From: an uncultured Collinsella sp.
GTDB lineage: Bacteria > Actinomycetota > Coriobacteriia > Coriobacteriales > Coriobacteriaceae
DNA: 64,000 nt
Assembly: GCA_902491395.1 (NCBI GenBank)
Contig: CABUHO010000004.1
Span: 32,049-96,048 of the forward strand
Direction: 5' to 3'
Positions 51,370-61,842 of this stretch are shown here, piece by piece. Both the position numbers and the translations under genes were made by a program. Under the pieces are notes generated by a model. It was not told the origin of the DNA. It searched no databases and worked only from the letters and a program-made list of their open reading frames with translations. Numbering within the stretch: position 1 is the stretch's first letter; each line of letters begins with the position of its first letter.

Positions 51370-53040
51370 ATGGCAGCTAAAAAATCATCTCCCTTGAAGA
51401 TCATCCCGCTCGGCGGCCTTGATGGCATCGGCAAGAACATGACGGTCTTCGAGTGCGGCGACGACATGGTGCTCGTCGACGCCGGTCTTATGTTCCCTGA
51501 CGATTCCCAGCCCGGCATCGACCTGGTGCTTCCCGACTACACCTATGTTCTGGAGAACGAGGAAAAGCTCCGCGGCATCATCGTTACCCATGGCCACGAG
51601 GACCACACCGGTTCGCTTCCGTACCTGCTGCAGGACCTCAACAACAAGGTGCCCATCTTCTCGAGCAAGCTGACGCTCGGCTTTATCGAGGGCAAGCTCT
51701 CCGAGTTCCGCATCCGCGCGCCTAAGTTCCGTGAGGTCAAGGGCGGCAGCCATGTCAATCTTGGTGGCATCTCGCTCGACTTCTTCTCTATGACGCACTC
51801 CATCCCGGGCGCTCTGGGTGTGTTCATTCGCACCAACCAGGGCACCGTCATGCACACCGGCGACTTTAAGCTCGACCAGACGCCCATCGATGGCGTTACG
51901 CCCGACTATGCCGCCATCAGCCGCTTTGCCAAGCAGGGCATCGACTTGCTGCTGTCCGACTCCACCAACGCTACGGTCCCCGGCTTTACCAAGTCCGAGG
52001 CCGAGGTTGGCCCCAACCTGCTGCATGCCATCAAGAATGCTCCGGGCCGCGTGTTCGTTGCGTCGTTCTCGAGCCACATCCATCGTCTGCAACAGATCTG
52101 CGATGCTGCCCGCAAGTGCGGCCGCAAGGTCGTCGTGACCGGTCGCTCCATGCTCACCAACACCCGCGTGGCGCGCGAGCTGGGCTATCTCAACATCGAC
52201 GATGCCGATATCATCGATGCCTTCGATATCGACAACCTGCCCGACGACAAGATCGTCGTCATGTGCACCGGTTCTCAGGGCGAGCCGCTGTCGGCGCTGT
52301 CGCGCATGGCCAACGGCGAGCACAAGACGCTTTCCATCCACGAGGGCGACACCGTCATCCTCTCGGCAACGCCGGTCCCTGGCAATGAGAAGGCCGTCCA
52401 GCAGGTCGTCAACAGCCTGGCTAAGCTTGGCTGCGATGTGTGGGATAAGAACCGCGCCCTCGTCCATGTCTCGGGTCACGGCAGCCAGGAGGAGCTCAAG
52501 CTCCTGATGGCCATGGCCAAGCCCACGTACTTTATGCCGGTCCACGGCGAGGCGGTGCATCTGCGCTCCCATGCTCAGCTTGCTCGCAAGATGGGCCTCA
52601 AGGACGACCATATCTTTATCCTCGACAACGGTGACACACTCGAGATGCGTGGCGGTATCGTCAAGCGCGGTACGCCCGTCGAGTCCGGCGTCGTCTATGT
52701 CGATGGCCTGCGCATCGGCGATACCGACCCCATCGTTCTGCGCGATCGCCAGAAGCTCGCCAACGACGGTATGGTCACGGCTGTCGCTATCGTTTCGCTT
52801 AAGCACAAGAAGATCGAGGCCATCGAGTTCTCGGGCCGCGGTGTCTCGTTTGCCATCGACGATCAGTTCTCCGAGGATGCTTCCGCGTCCATCATGAAGA
52901 CGATTGAGAAGGGCAAGTTTAGCTTTACGAGCAGCGGCTCCGATGCCATTCGCAAGGCCGTGCGCGACTCGCTCTCCAACTTTATCTGGAGCCGTACGCG
53001 CACCCGTCCGATGATCATCCCGGTCGTCATGGAGGTTTAG
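51370..53040 (+). CDS. rnj: Ribonuclease J
   Basis: IIPLGGLDGIGKNMT, THGHEDH, HTGDFK, HVSGH and PVHGE motifs. Confidence 0.97.
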   Translation: MAAKKSSPLKIIPLGGLDGIGKNMTVFECGDDMVLVDAGLMFPDDSQPGIDLVLPDYTYVLENEEKLRGIIVTHGHEDHTGSLPYLLQDLNNKVPIFSSKLTLGFIEGKLSEFRIRAPKFREVKGGSHVNLGGISLDFFSMTHSIPGALGVFIRTNQGTVMHTGDFKLDQTPIDGVTPDYAAISRFAKQGIDLLLSDSTNATVPGFTKSEAEVGPNLLHAIKNAPGRVFVASFSSHIHRLQQICDAARKCGRKVVVTGRSMLTNTRVARELGYLNIDDADIIDAFDIDNLPDDKIVVMCTGSQGEPLSALSRMANGEHKTLSIHEGDTVILSATPVPGNEKAVQQVVNSLAKLGCDVWDKNRALVHVSGHGSQEELKLLMAMAKPTYFMPVHGEAVHLRSHAQLARKMGLKDDHIFILDNGDTLEMRGGIVKRGTPVESGVVYVDGLRIGDTDPIVLRDRQKLANDGMVTAVAIVSLKHKKIEAIEFSGRGVSFAIDDQFSEDASASIMKTIEKGKFSFTSSGSDAIRKAVRDSLSNFIWSRTRTRPMIIPVVMEV

Positions 53041-53041
53041 T

Positions 53042-55822
53042 TTGGCGCGCGGATCTGCACAAAACGCCAAAGGCAATAAAGCCAACAACCAACCGGCATC
53101 TGCTAAGGGTGCCGGTTCCCATCTTCGTGCCAATAAGGGCCACGAGGCCGAGTTCGACGATTTTGAGCCTTTGGTCGAGCCTTCGGCCAACCGCGATATC
53201 GCCGGCGTGGTCATCGCCGTTTTGGCGATTGCGTCCTTCATTGCCGTGATTTCGCCGGCGACCGCACCTGTTACGGCTGCGGTTGCCGGTTTCTACCACT
53301 TGGGCTTTGGTCTGGGTGCCTACGTTTTGCCGATCGTCATCCTGCTGTTTGCCGCCACGCTTTTTTTGGGCGATGATTCGCCGCTCAACGTGCGCTCTGT
53401 TGCGGGCGGCGCGGTGGTCTTTGTCGCTGTCGTCTCTATCTTGTCGCTTATGGTGCCGGGCACCAGTGACTCGTGCGACCTTATGTTCACGCCGCAAAAC
53501 CTGTCCGCCTCGGGTGGGTACATCGGTGCATTCATTGCGAGCGCGCTGCAGAACGCCCTGGGTAAGCCCATCGCGATGGTGGTCCTGTTGGGTCTGGCAG
53601 TCGTTGGCTTTGTCATCATCGGCTTTTCGGTGGGCGGCGTTTTGCGCTCTGCCCGCGACCGTGCGGCCGATTTTGCCGAGCGCCGTCGTGCCGACGTCAA
53701 CGCGAGCCCGTGGGGTGACGATGAAGCCCTTTCGGTCCCCGGTATTGCCCGTCCTCACCTGAGCATTCTGCGTCAAAAGAGTTCCGATGCTGCTGTGACT
53801 ACGGTTATGGGCGGCGAGGTTGATCCGATTCTGGACGATGAGGACGAGGATGAGGACCCGTTTGTCGACGTATCCGATGCTGTAGAGGCCGAGCGCGCCA
53901 AGACGACGCTGCTGCCGCGCCGCCACGCCAAGAAGGGCAAGGCTGCGCCCAAACTCAATACAAGCGAACCTGATCCGTCGTGGTCCGAGAGCGAGATTGA
54001 GCTTACCGAGGGCGATGACGAGGACGATGAGGCTCCGATCGAGAGTGCCAAGACGACCTTGCTGCCGCGCCGTCATCCCAAGCGCGGTCAGGTGACCGGT
54101 CAGCTTTCGATGGAAGATGATCCGGCCAAGATTGATGAGTCCGAGCCGCCGTTTGCCGTGAACCCTGTTTCGGCAGCTCCGCAGATTCCCGACTTCCTGA
54201 AGCATCCTAAGGTCGCCGATGCGTCTGCCGCGAGCGCGGCCGAGACGCCTGCTGTTAGCGATGGGGGAGCGGACGGAGCCTCCGCAGATAATGAGGGTGA
54301 AGAAGAGGACGGCCTCAAGCTTCCGCCGCTCGAGATTCTGCATGCCAACCCTCAGTCCGCCTCTGCTGCGTCTTCGGATAAGGAGCTGGAGCAAACTGCA
54401 GAGTCGCTGCAGTCGACCCTGCTTGAGTTTGGTCGTAGCGCCCGCGTCGTCGGCTGGATTGCCGGCCCCACGGTGACGACCTTTAAGCTGCAGCCAGGCG
54501 AGGGCGAGCGCGTGAGCAAGATTTCGAGCCTCGAGGACGATATCGCGTTGTCGCTTGCCGCCCAGTCGGTGCGTATCTTCGCGCCGATTCCCGGCACTTC
54601 GCTCGTGGGTATCGAGATCCCCAATCGCAAGCGTCAAAACGTCAACCTGGGCGATGTGCTGCCCTATGTCAAGGGTGGCCCGCTCGAGCTTGCCATCGGC
54701 CGCGATGCCGAGGGCACGCCGGTCGTCGCCGATCTTGCCAAGATGCCCCACCTGCTGATCGCCGGTACCACCGGCTCCGGTAAGTCGGTCATGATCAACT
54801 CCATCATCACGACCCTGCTCATGCGGGCGCTTCCCGAAGATGTTCGCCTGATCATGGTCGACCCCAAGCGCGTCGAGCTCGCGGGCTACAACGGCCTGCC
54901 GCACCTCTACGTGCCCGTCGTGACCGAGCCCAAGCAGGCCGCCAGCGCGCTGCAGTGGGCCGTGTCCGAGATGGAGCGTCGTCTGAAGGTCTTCGAGCGT
55001 CTTAACGTCCGTAAGATCTCGACCTACAACGAAAAGCAGGCCGCCGGCGAGTTTGAGCATTACGACAACCCGCCGCAAAAGATGCCCTACCTGGTCATCA
55101 TCATCGACGAGCTCTCAGACCTGATGATGGTCGCCGGCAAGGACGTCGAGGCCTCGATCGTGCGTATCGCCCAGCTGGGCCGCGCCGCCGGTATTCACCT
55201 CATCGTGGCTACGCAGCGCCCGAGTTCCAACGTCGTGACGGGCCTCATCAAGGCCAACATCACCAACCGTATCGCCTTTAACGTCGCAACGGGTATTGAC
55301 TCGCGCGTCATCATTGACCAGATGGGCGCCGAAAAGCTCACCGGTCTGGGCGACATGCTGTTCTCCAAGGTCGACTGGGGCAAGCCGCGTCGTATTCAGG
55401 GCTGCTTTGTCTCGGACGATGAGATCAACGAGATCGTCGAGTTCGTCAAATCGCAGAGTGAGCCGGACTACCACGAGGAGATTCTTTCGGCTGTGGCCCC
55501 CGCTTCCATGTCCATGGCGGGTGGCGGCGGCATCGTGCGTACCGGCGTTGCCGAGCCGCAAGACGATGATCCGCTCATCTGGGAAGCCGCCCATATTGTG
55601 GTGGAATCGCAGCTGGGCTCCACATCTGGCCTGCAACGCCGCCTAAAGGTTGGCTATGCGCGCGCCGGGCGTATTATGGACATGCTGGAAGAAAAGGGTG
55701 TCGTCGGACCGCCTGACGGATCCAAGCCGCGCGAGGTCCTTCTGGACGAGGAAGGCCTTGCCGCGCTTGAGTCCGTTGACGCCGAGATGGCACGTGAAGA
55801 TCGTGAGTTTGGAGGATTCTGA
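53042..55822 (+). CDS. ftsK: DNA translocase FtsK
   Basis: N-terminal TM segments, acidic linker, GTTGSGKS, IIDELSDLMM, ATQRPS and gamma domain (LQRRLKVGYARAGR). Confidence 0.97.
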   Translation: MARGSAQNAKGNKANNQPASAKGAGSHLRANKGHEAEFDDFEPLVEPSANRDIAGVVIAVLAIASFIAVISPATAPVTAAVAGFYHLGFGLGAYVLPIVILLFAATLFLGDDSPLNVRSVAGGAVVFVAVVSILSLMVPGTSDSCDLMFTPQNLSASGGYIGAFIASALQNALGKPIAMVVLLGLAVVGFVIIGFSVGGVLRSARDRAADFAERRRADVNASPWGDDEALSVPGIARPHLSILRQKSSDAAVTTVMGGEVDPILDDEDEDEDPFVDVSDAVEAERAKTTLLPRRHAKKGKAAPKLNTSEPDPSWSESEIELTEGDDEDDEAPIESAKTTLLPRRHPKRGQVTGQLSMEDDPAKIDESEPPFAVNPVSAAPQIPDFLKHPKVADASAASAAETPAVSDGGADGASADNEGEEEDGLKLPPLEILHANPQSASAASSDKELEQTAESLQSTLLEFGRSARVVGWIAGPTVTTFKLQPGEGERVSKISSLEDDIALSLAAQSVRIFAPIPGTSLVGIEIPNRKRQNVNLGDVLPYVKGGPLELAIGRDAEGTPVVADLAKMPHLLIAGTTGSGKSVMINSIITTLLMRALPEDVRLIMVDPKRVELAGYNGLPHLYVPVVTEPKQAASALQWAVSEMERRLKVFERLNVRKISTYNEKQAAGEFEHYDNPPQKMPYLVIIIDELSDLMMVAGKDVEASIVRIAQLGRAAGIHLIVATQRPSSNVVTGLIKANITNRIAFNVATGIDSRVIIDQMGAEKLTGLGDMLFSKVDWGKPRRIQGCFVSDDEINEIVEFVKSQSEPDYHEEILSAVAPASMSMAGGGGIVRTGVAEPQDDDPLIWEAAHIVVESQLGSTSGLQRRLKVGYARAGRIMDMLEEKGVVGPPDGSKPREVLLDEEGLAALESVDAEMAREDREFGGF

Positions 55823-57333
55823 TGGCTGCACGCTTTGGTGACATGCTGCTCGAGCAGCGTCGCCGAATGGGCCTTTCCATTCAGCAGGTCGCCAACACCA
55901 TCAAAATCAGACCGCAGATCATCGAGTTTTTCGAGACCGGTAACTTTGCATCGATGCCTCCGCGCGGCTATGCGCAGGGCATGATTTCGAGCTATGCACG
56001 CTTTTTGGGCCTCAATCCGCGCGAGGTCGTCAATGCCTATTTTGACGACCTGATGGCGTATGAGCGTGAGACGTCGCAGCAGGGCGGTCGTTTTCAGGAC
56101 GCCGCCGGCTACGTCAACTCGCGTTCCTCGGTCGACAACGGCCGCTTCCTGATGGTTCAGGGCGGACGCTCGACGCGTTATGGCCAGCGCCCTCAGCAGG
56201 CTGGCTATATAACCGAGACGGGCTCGGGCGAGGAGATTCGCTCTCAACGTGACCGGTTCCGTAGCACGCCGATGCCCGAAGACCGTGCGCTTCCGGCTGC
56301 CCGTGGAATCGCACGTGACCCTCGCGCTGGATACGGCGATGGCGGCTATTCCGATCGCGGCCACCGTGGCGTTTCTGCCGGTCGTTCTCGCGGCGGCTAT
56401 GCGGATGCCGATACCACGCAGGTAACGCCGCGTCTTCGCTCGCAGTCGCAGCCCTATGGGCAGCGTTCATCGGCTTCTCGTTCGGGCCAGCGCAGCTATC
56501 AGGGTCGTGGCGAGCTCGCTCCGCGCTCGGGGCAACGTAGCCTTCAGGGCCAGGGAAGCTATCGTGGCCGTCCTGATAGCAGCCGCGGTCGAATGCCCCA
56601 AAACAGTGGTCGTGGTGGTTCCAATCGTGGGCGCGGCGGGTCGCGTGTCCCGCAGAATAACGGACTTGATCCGCGTATCGTCTACGCCGGTATCGGTGCC
56701 GTTGTCCTGCTGCTGATTGTGCTCATCGTGGTGCTTCTGCGCGGCTGCGGTTCTGCAGCGCCCGAGTCGACGCCCGAGACGCCTGCGGCAACCAAGACAA
56801 CGACTAAGAAGTCTTCCAAGAAGACCGAGACCGTCGATGCGGATGAAGATACCGATGAGGCGACGGACGAGTCGACCGATTCGGATGCCGCTAAGACAAC
56901 GGCCAAGAAGGAAGAAAACGAGGTCACGAAGGTCAAGGTCTCCGTCGCCAAGGGTAAGACCGCTTGGATTGAGGTCAAGGTCGACGGCAAGTCGGTCTAT
57001 GGCGCTCAGGCGACCGGTCCCTTTGAGCAGGAGTACACGCCCGAGTCCTCGATCGAGATCACCACATCCAAGCCTTCCGATGTCACCGTTACCAAGAACG
57101 GCGAAAAGGTCCGTTACGACACCAAGACGTCGGGCGTGGCGCGCGTGACCATCACCGTTCCCAAGAAGGAGACGACTGACTCCGAGAATGGTGAAAGTAC
57201 TGATGGTGCCGATTCCACCGATGGTACCGACAGCAGTGACGGCACCAATGCCCAGTCCACTGACGGCACTGATACCGCCGCCGATGGTCAGACGACTAAC
57301 GATTCTACCGACTACTCGTACGACAGCTACTAA
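55822..57333 (+). CDS. RodZ-like protein (HTH, long disordered linker, TM, extracellular domain)
   Basis: N-terminal HTH (..KIRPQIIEFFETG..YAQGMISSYARFLGL), single TM, WIEVKVDG C-terminal domain; ftsK-rimO-pgsA context. Confidence 0.8.
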   Translation: MAARFGDMLLEQRRRMGLSIQQVANTIKIRPQIIEFFETGNFASMPPRGYAQGMISSYARFLGLNPREVVNAYFDDLMAYERETSQQGGRFQDAAGYVNSRSSVDNGRFLMVQGGRSTRYGQRPQQAGYITETGSGEEIRSQRDRFRSTPMPEDRALPAARGIARDPRAGYGDGGYSDRGHRGVSAGRSRGGYADADTTQVTPRLRSQSQPYGQRSSASRSGQRSYQGRGELAPRSGQRSLQGQGSYRGRPDSSRGRMPQNSGRGGSNRGRGGSRVPQNNGLDPRIVYAGIGAVVLLLIVLIVVLLRGCGSAAPESTPETPAATKTTTKKSSKKTETVDADEDTDEATDESTDSDAAKTTAKKEENEVTKVKVSVAKGKTAWIEVKVDGKSVYGAQATGPFEQEYTPESSIEITTSKPSDVTVTKNGEKVRYDTKTSGVARVTITVPKKETTDSENGESTDGADSTDGTDSSDGTNAQSTDGTDTAADGQTTNDSTDYSYDSY

Positions 57334-57359
57334 GCCGCTCGTAAGCGAAAGGAAACATC

Positions 57360-57857
57360 ATGGCTAAAGATTCCAGCTTCGACGTTGTGTCCGAGGTTAA
57401 TATGCAGGAGGTCGACAACGCCTTCCAGCAGACCACACGCGAGATTTCCCAGCGCTATGACCTTAAAGATTCCGGTGCCACGATCGAGCTCTCGAAGGGC
57501 GACAAGCTCTTTACGATCAACGCCCCGGCCGACTTTGTCTCCAAGCAAATCATCGACGTGCTGAGCTCTAAGCTCATCAAGCGCGGCATTGATCTTAAGG
57601 CCGTGTCCTGGGATGCGCCTCAGGCTGCCTCCGGCGGCACTGTGCGCGTGCTCGGCCACATCGTCGAGGGTATCGACCAGGCGACTGCCAAGAAGATCAA
57701 CAAGGACATTAAGGATCAAAAGCTTAAGGTCAAGGTGACGATTGAGGCTGATAAGCTGCGCGTTTCCTCTGCTTCGAAGGATGCCCTGCAGACCGTGATC
57801 CAATTCCTGCGCGATCAGGACTACGGCCAGCCGCTGCAGTTCACCAACTACCGCTAA
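57360..57857 (+). CDS. yajQ: YajQ family nucleotide-binding protein
   Basis: SSFDVVSEVNMQEVDNA..QPLQFTNYR. Confidence 0.95.
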   Translation: MAKDSSFDVVSEVNMQEVDNAFQQTTREISQRYDLKDSGATIELSKGDKLFTINAPADFVSKQIIDVLSSKLIKRGIDLKAVSWDAPQAASGGTVRVLGHIVEGIDQATAKKINKDIKDQKLKVKVTIEADKLRVSSASKDALQTVIQFLRDQDYGQPLQFTNYR

Positions 57858-57883
57858 TTCATTCGAAAGGACCGCTCTCCAAC

Positions 57884-59233
57884 ATGGATACACCGTTGGG
57901 CTCCGTGCTCTACATCACCCTCGGGTGCGCCAAGAACGAGGTCGATACCGACCGCATGCGTTCGCTGCTGACCGCTGCGGGCTACGAGGAGGCATTCGAC
58001 TCGCAGGATGCCGATATCGCCATCGTCAATACGTGTTCGTTCCTTGCCTCCGCAACGTCGGAGAGCATCGAGACCACGCTCGAGCTTGCTAACGAGGTGC
58101 AGGACGGCGTCCGTTCCTGCCCCATCGTCATGTGCGGCTGCGTGCCTTCGCGTTACGGCGACGACCTGCCCGACGAGCTGCCCGAGGTCGCGGCCTTTGT
58201 GAAGGCCGACGAGGAAGACGGCATCGTGGCAGTCATCGACGGCGTGCTGGGCGTCGAGCGCGAGATTGCCGCCTATATTCCGCAGGTCAAGCGTACCGTC
58301 GAGGGTGCCGTTGCCTACGTCAAGATTTCCGATGGCTGCAACCGCTTCTGCAGCTTCTGCATGATTCCCTACATCCGCGGCCGTTATCACTCGCGCAATG
58401 CCGAGAGCATTATCTCCGAGGTGCGCGATCTGGTCGCCGGCGGCGTGCGCGAGATCGTGCTGATCGGTCAGGATACGGGCATCTGGGGTACTGACTTTGC
58501 CGACGAGGATCTCGCCGAGGGTTCGCCGCGCAACCTGGCGCAGCTGCTGCAGGCTGTTGCCAATGCGGTTCGTCCGAATAACGTTTGGGTCCGCGTGCTC
58601 TACCTGCAGCCCGAGGGCATGTCCGACGAGCTTATCGAGACTATCCGCGATACGCCCGAGGTGCTGCCCTATATCGATATCCCCGTGCAGCACTGCGACG
58701 CGCGCATCCTCAAGGCCATGCGCCGCTCCGGCTCGCGCCAGGAGCTCGAGGACCTGTTCCGTGACCTGCGCGAGCGCATCCCCGGCATCGTGATCCGCTC
58801 CACGGCCATGGTCGGTTTCCCGACCGAGACCGACAATGAGTTCCGCGACCTCATCGACTTTATGGACACCGTGGGCTTCGACTACACGAGCGTCTTTGCC
58901 TACTCGCAGGAGGAGGGCAGCCTGGCCGCCAAGATGGAAGGTCAGGTCGACGAAGAGGTTAAGCTCGAGCGCGCCCAGGAGGCCATGGACCTGGCCGAGT
59001 CGCTTGGCTTTGCCGCCACCGCCGCGCACGTGGGCGAGTGCGCCCAGGTAATCGTCGACGGTATCGAGGAGACCGAGGACGGAGCCGAGCTGATCGGTCA
59101 CGCTTGGTTCCAGGCGCCCGATTCCGATGGCGCGGTGCATCTGGACGCCAGCGAGGCATCCGTGGGCGATATTCTGACGGTCGAGTTTACCGATAGCTTC
59201 TGCTACGAGCTTATCGGTCATGTTGTGGAGTAG
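57884..59233 (+). CDS. rimO: Ribosomal protein S12 methylthiotransferase
   Basis: LGCAKNEVD, VNTCSF, KISDGCNRFCSFC, YIDIPVQH and QAPDSDG motifs. Confidence 0.93.
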   Translation: MDTPLGSVLYITLGCAKNEVDTDRMRSLLTAAGYEEAFDSQDADIAIVNTCSFLASATSESIETTLELANEVQDGVRSCPIVMCGCVPSRYGDDLPDELPEVAAFVKADEEDGIVAVIDGVLGVEREIAAYIPQVKRTVEGAVAYVKISDGCNRFCSFCMIPYIRGRYHSRNAESIISEVRDLVAGGVREIVLIGQDTGIWGTDFADEDLAEGSPRNLAQLLQAVANAVRPNNVWVRVLYLQPEGMSDELIETIRDTPEVLPYIDIPVQHCDARILKAMRRSGSRQELEDLFRDLRERIPGIVIRSTAMVGFPTETDNEFRDLIDFMDTVGFDYTSVFAYSQEEGSLAAKMEGQVDEEVKLERAQEAMDLAESLGFAATAAHVGECAQVIVDGIEETEDGAELIGHAWFQAPDSDGAVHLDASEASVGDILTVEFTDSFCYELIGHVVE

Positions 59234-59242
59234 GAGAGCGTC

Positions 59243-59881
59243 GTGGCTAACGAGAGCAATAAGGAACTGACGAGTGTTTGGACGCCCGCCAACATCGTGA
59301 CGTGCGTGCGCATCGTCTTTATCCCCGTGTTCATGATCGTGTCGGCCCTGTCCCACACGAGCGTTGCGGGTACAGATTGGAGCACCTTCGACGGCCCGCT
59401 CGCTGCCGCCGCTTTCATTTTGTACGTCATCCTGTCGTGCACCGACAAGGTCGACGGCTATTTGGCCCGCTCCCGCAACGAGATCACCGACTTTGGTAAG
59501 TTCTTGGATCCTATTGCCGATAAGCTGCTCGTGTTTTCGGCTTTGCTGCTGTTCTTGGACTTTGGCGCCGTGACCGTATGGTCCGTATTCATCATCCTGT
59601 TCCGTGAGCTGCTGGTGAGCGCCCTGCGCATGGTTGCGAGCGCTGCCGGCGTGGTCGTCGCTGCCGATAAGCTCGGCAAGTACAAGACGGCGACCACGAT
59701 GGTCTCCATCTGTGGCTACCTGTGCGTCTTCGCGATGGCCGGTCTGCAGCTGGGCCCGGTGTCGCTGACGCTCGGCATCTATTCGGTGTCTCGCTTCCTG
59801 TACGCCGTGGCCGTTGTCCTGACCGTTATCTCGGGCGCTCAGTACTTCTGGAACTGCCGCAAGATCGTCTTTTCGGTCTAG
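59243..59881 (+). CDS. pgsA: CDP-diacylglycerol--glycerol-3-phosphate phosphatidyltransferase
   Basis: TDKVDGYLAR..TDFGKFLDPIADK motif. Confidence 0.95.
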   Translation: MANESNKELTSVWTPANIVTCVRIVFIPVFMIVSALSHTSVAGTDWSTFDGPLAAAAFILYVILSCTDKVDGYLARSRNEITDFGKFLDPIADKLLVFSALLLFLDFGAVTVWSVFIILFRELLVSALRMVASAAGVVVAADKLGKYKTATTMVSICGYLCVFAMAGLQLGPVSLTLGIYSVSRFLYAVAVVLTVISGAQYFWNCRKIVFSV

Positions 59882-59893
59882 GTTCTGGTAGGT

Positions 59894-60424
59894 ATGACGG
59901 AGTCTTTTGAGCAGGTTGCCGCGCACAACGAGGAGCTTGCGCGCGATATCGTCGAGCGTGCGAGCGCTCGCGGCATGACGGTTTCCACAGCCGAGTCGCT
60001 GACGGCCGGCATGATTGCCTCAACGATTGCCGATATCCCGGGCGCTTCGGCGGTGCTCCGCGGCGGTGCGGTGACCTATTGCGATGAGATAAAGCATCGC
60101 GTGCTGGGCGTTGAGCAAGAGACGCTCGACCGCTATACCGCGGTGTCGTATCAGACGGCGCGCGAGATGGCTGCCGGCTCGTTGAAGCTGTACCAGAGCG
60201 ATGTTGCCGTGAGCGCGACGGGCTATGCCGGCCCCGGTGGAGGCACCGAGGACGATCCGGCTGGCACCTTCTATATTGGCTGGGCGTATCGCTCTGCCGA
60301 TGAGGGAGTGCCGGTTGTGGACTCCATGCGCTGTCATTATGAGGGCGATCGCTCGTGTGTTCGTGCCCATGCGGTCGCGGAAGCATTGGGGCGCATTGTC
60401 TTTGTGCTCGACTCTATGGAATAG
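59894..60424 (+). CDS. cinA: CinA C-terminal domain protein (PncC-type NMN deamidase)
   Basis: TAESLTAG, PGAS and ATGYAGPGGG motifs; no N-terminal MocF domain. Confidence 0.9.
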   Translation: MTESFEQVAAHNEELARDIVERASARGMTVSTAESLTAGMIASTIADIPGASAVLRGGAVTYCDEIKHRVLGVEQETLDRYTAVSYQTAREMAAGSLKLYQSDVAVSATGYAGPGGGTEDDPAGTFYIGWAYRSADEGVPVVDSMRCHYEGDRSCVRAHAVAEALGRIVFVLDSME

Positions 60425-60623
60425 ACGTGTTTTAAGGGGCCTTTGGGCCCCTTAATTGTGGAGATAGGGACCTCCTGCGAATTTTATCTTTGTGCAGGTA
60501 GTTGCTGTATTTTTTTCTCGTCATGATTTTCTTGGTTCGCCTGCGGTCAAGTTTTTGGTCAGTGTTTGGTCGGCGTTTGGTTGGGTTTTGGAAAGGTCGG
60601 CTGCATATGATTTATCTGAACGG

Positions 60624-60652
60624 TTGACCACGAACAGCCGTTCGTTTATTAT
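60624..60652 (+). promoter_or_regulatory. recA promoter with LexA (SOS) box in the spacer
   Basis: TTGACC-17 bp-TATTAT, with CGAAC-agcc-GTTCG at 60631-60644. Confidence 0.9.
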
Positions 60653-60682
60653 CGATGCAGGTTGTTAAGAGGAGGGCTATTC

Positions 60683-61831
60683 ATGGCCAAGAATTCAGGT
60701 CCCGTACGTACCGTTCATGCACCCACGACGGGTAAAGAGCGCGAAGAGATGATCGCCACCACCAAGGCCGAGATCGAGAAGAAGTTCGGTCAAGGCTCCA
60801 TCATGAGGTATGGTGACGGCGGCCCCGAGCTTGAGGTCGAGGCCATCCCCACGGGCGCTCTGGCACTCGATGCCGCTCTGGGTATCGGCGGTGTGCCGCG
60901 CGGCCGTATCGTCGAGATTTACGGTCCTGAGTCCTCCGGTAAGACGACGCTTTCGCTCGAGATCCTGGCCGAGGCCCAGGCAATGGGTGGCGTGGTGGCA
61001 TTTATCGATGCCGAGCACGCGCTCGATCCCACGTATGCCGCGCGCATTGGCGTGGATATCGACGAGGTACTGATTTCCCAGCCCGATACGGGTGAGCAGG
61101 CGCTCGAGATTGTTGACATGCTCGTGCGTTCCGGCGCCATCGATGCCATCGTCGTCGACTCCGTCGCCGCGCTGACCCCGCGTGCCGAGATCGAGGGAGA
61201 GATCGGCGATACCACGGTCGGTTTGCAAGCTCGCCTGATGAGTCAGGCGCTCCGCAAGCTCGCCGGCTCGCTGTCCAAGTCCAACACGACATGCATCTTC
61301 ATTAACCAGCTGCGAGAGAAAATCGGCGTCATGTTCGGCAACCCCGAGACCACGACGGGCGGCCGCGCCCTTAAGTTCTTCTCTTCGGTGCGTATCGACA
61401 TTCGCCGCATCGACAGCATTAAGCTTAAGGATGAGGTTATCGGTAACCGCGTGCGCGCCAAGGTCGTTAAGAACAAGGTGGCAGCTCCGTTCCGTTCTGC
61501 TGAGTTCGACATCATGTACGGTACGGGCATCTCTAAGGAGGGCTCGATTCTGGACATGGCTGTCGAGTGCGGCATCTGCAAGAAGATGGGCTCCTGGTTT
61601 GCCTATGGCGAGGACAAGCTCGGCAACGGTCGCGAGGCCGCCAAGGCGTTCCTGCGCGAACACCCCGATTGCGCCGACGAGATTGAGCATAAGGTCCGCC
61701 TTGCCTGCGGGCTTGAGTTTGATGACGATGCTCCGTCCGAGGTCGAGCTGACCGATCAGCCTGCGCCTGAGGAGTTTGACGAGCTTTACGCCATCGATGG
61801 TTCCGCCATGCTCGATGATGACGACGAGTAG
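60683..61831 (+). CDS. recA: Recombinase RecA
   Basis: [25 protein letters not shown] and GGRALKF motifs; acidic C-terminal tail. Confidence 0.99.
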   Translation: MAKNSGPVRTVHAPTTGKEREEMIATTKAEIEKKFGQGSIMRYGDGGPELEVEAIPTGALALDAALGIGGVPRGRIVEIYGPESSGKTTLSLEILAEAQAMGGVVAFIDAEHALDPTYAARIGVDIDEVLISQPDTGEQALEIVDMLVRSGAIDAIVVDSVAALTPRAEIEGEIGDTTVGLQARLMSQALRKLAGSLSKSNTTCIFINQLREKIGVMFGNPETTTGGRALKFFSSVRIDIRRIDSIKLKDEVIGNRVRAKVVKNKVAAPFRSAEFDIMYGTGISKEGSILDMAVECGICKKMGSWFAYGEDKLGNGREAAKAFLREHPDCADEIEHKVRLACGLEFDDDAPSEVELTDQPAPEEFDELYAIDGSAMLDDDDE

Positions 61832-61842
61832 CGGTTCCGCTC

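Noticed and set aside
57170..57330. gatggtacc/actgac-like short repeats
   Set aside because: They encode the low-complexity STDG tail of the RodZ-like protein and are not a DNA-level element.
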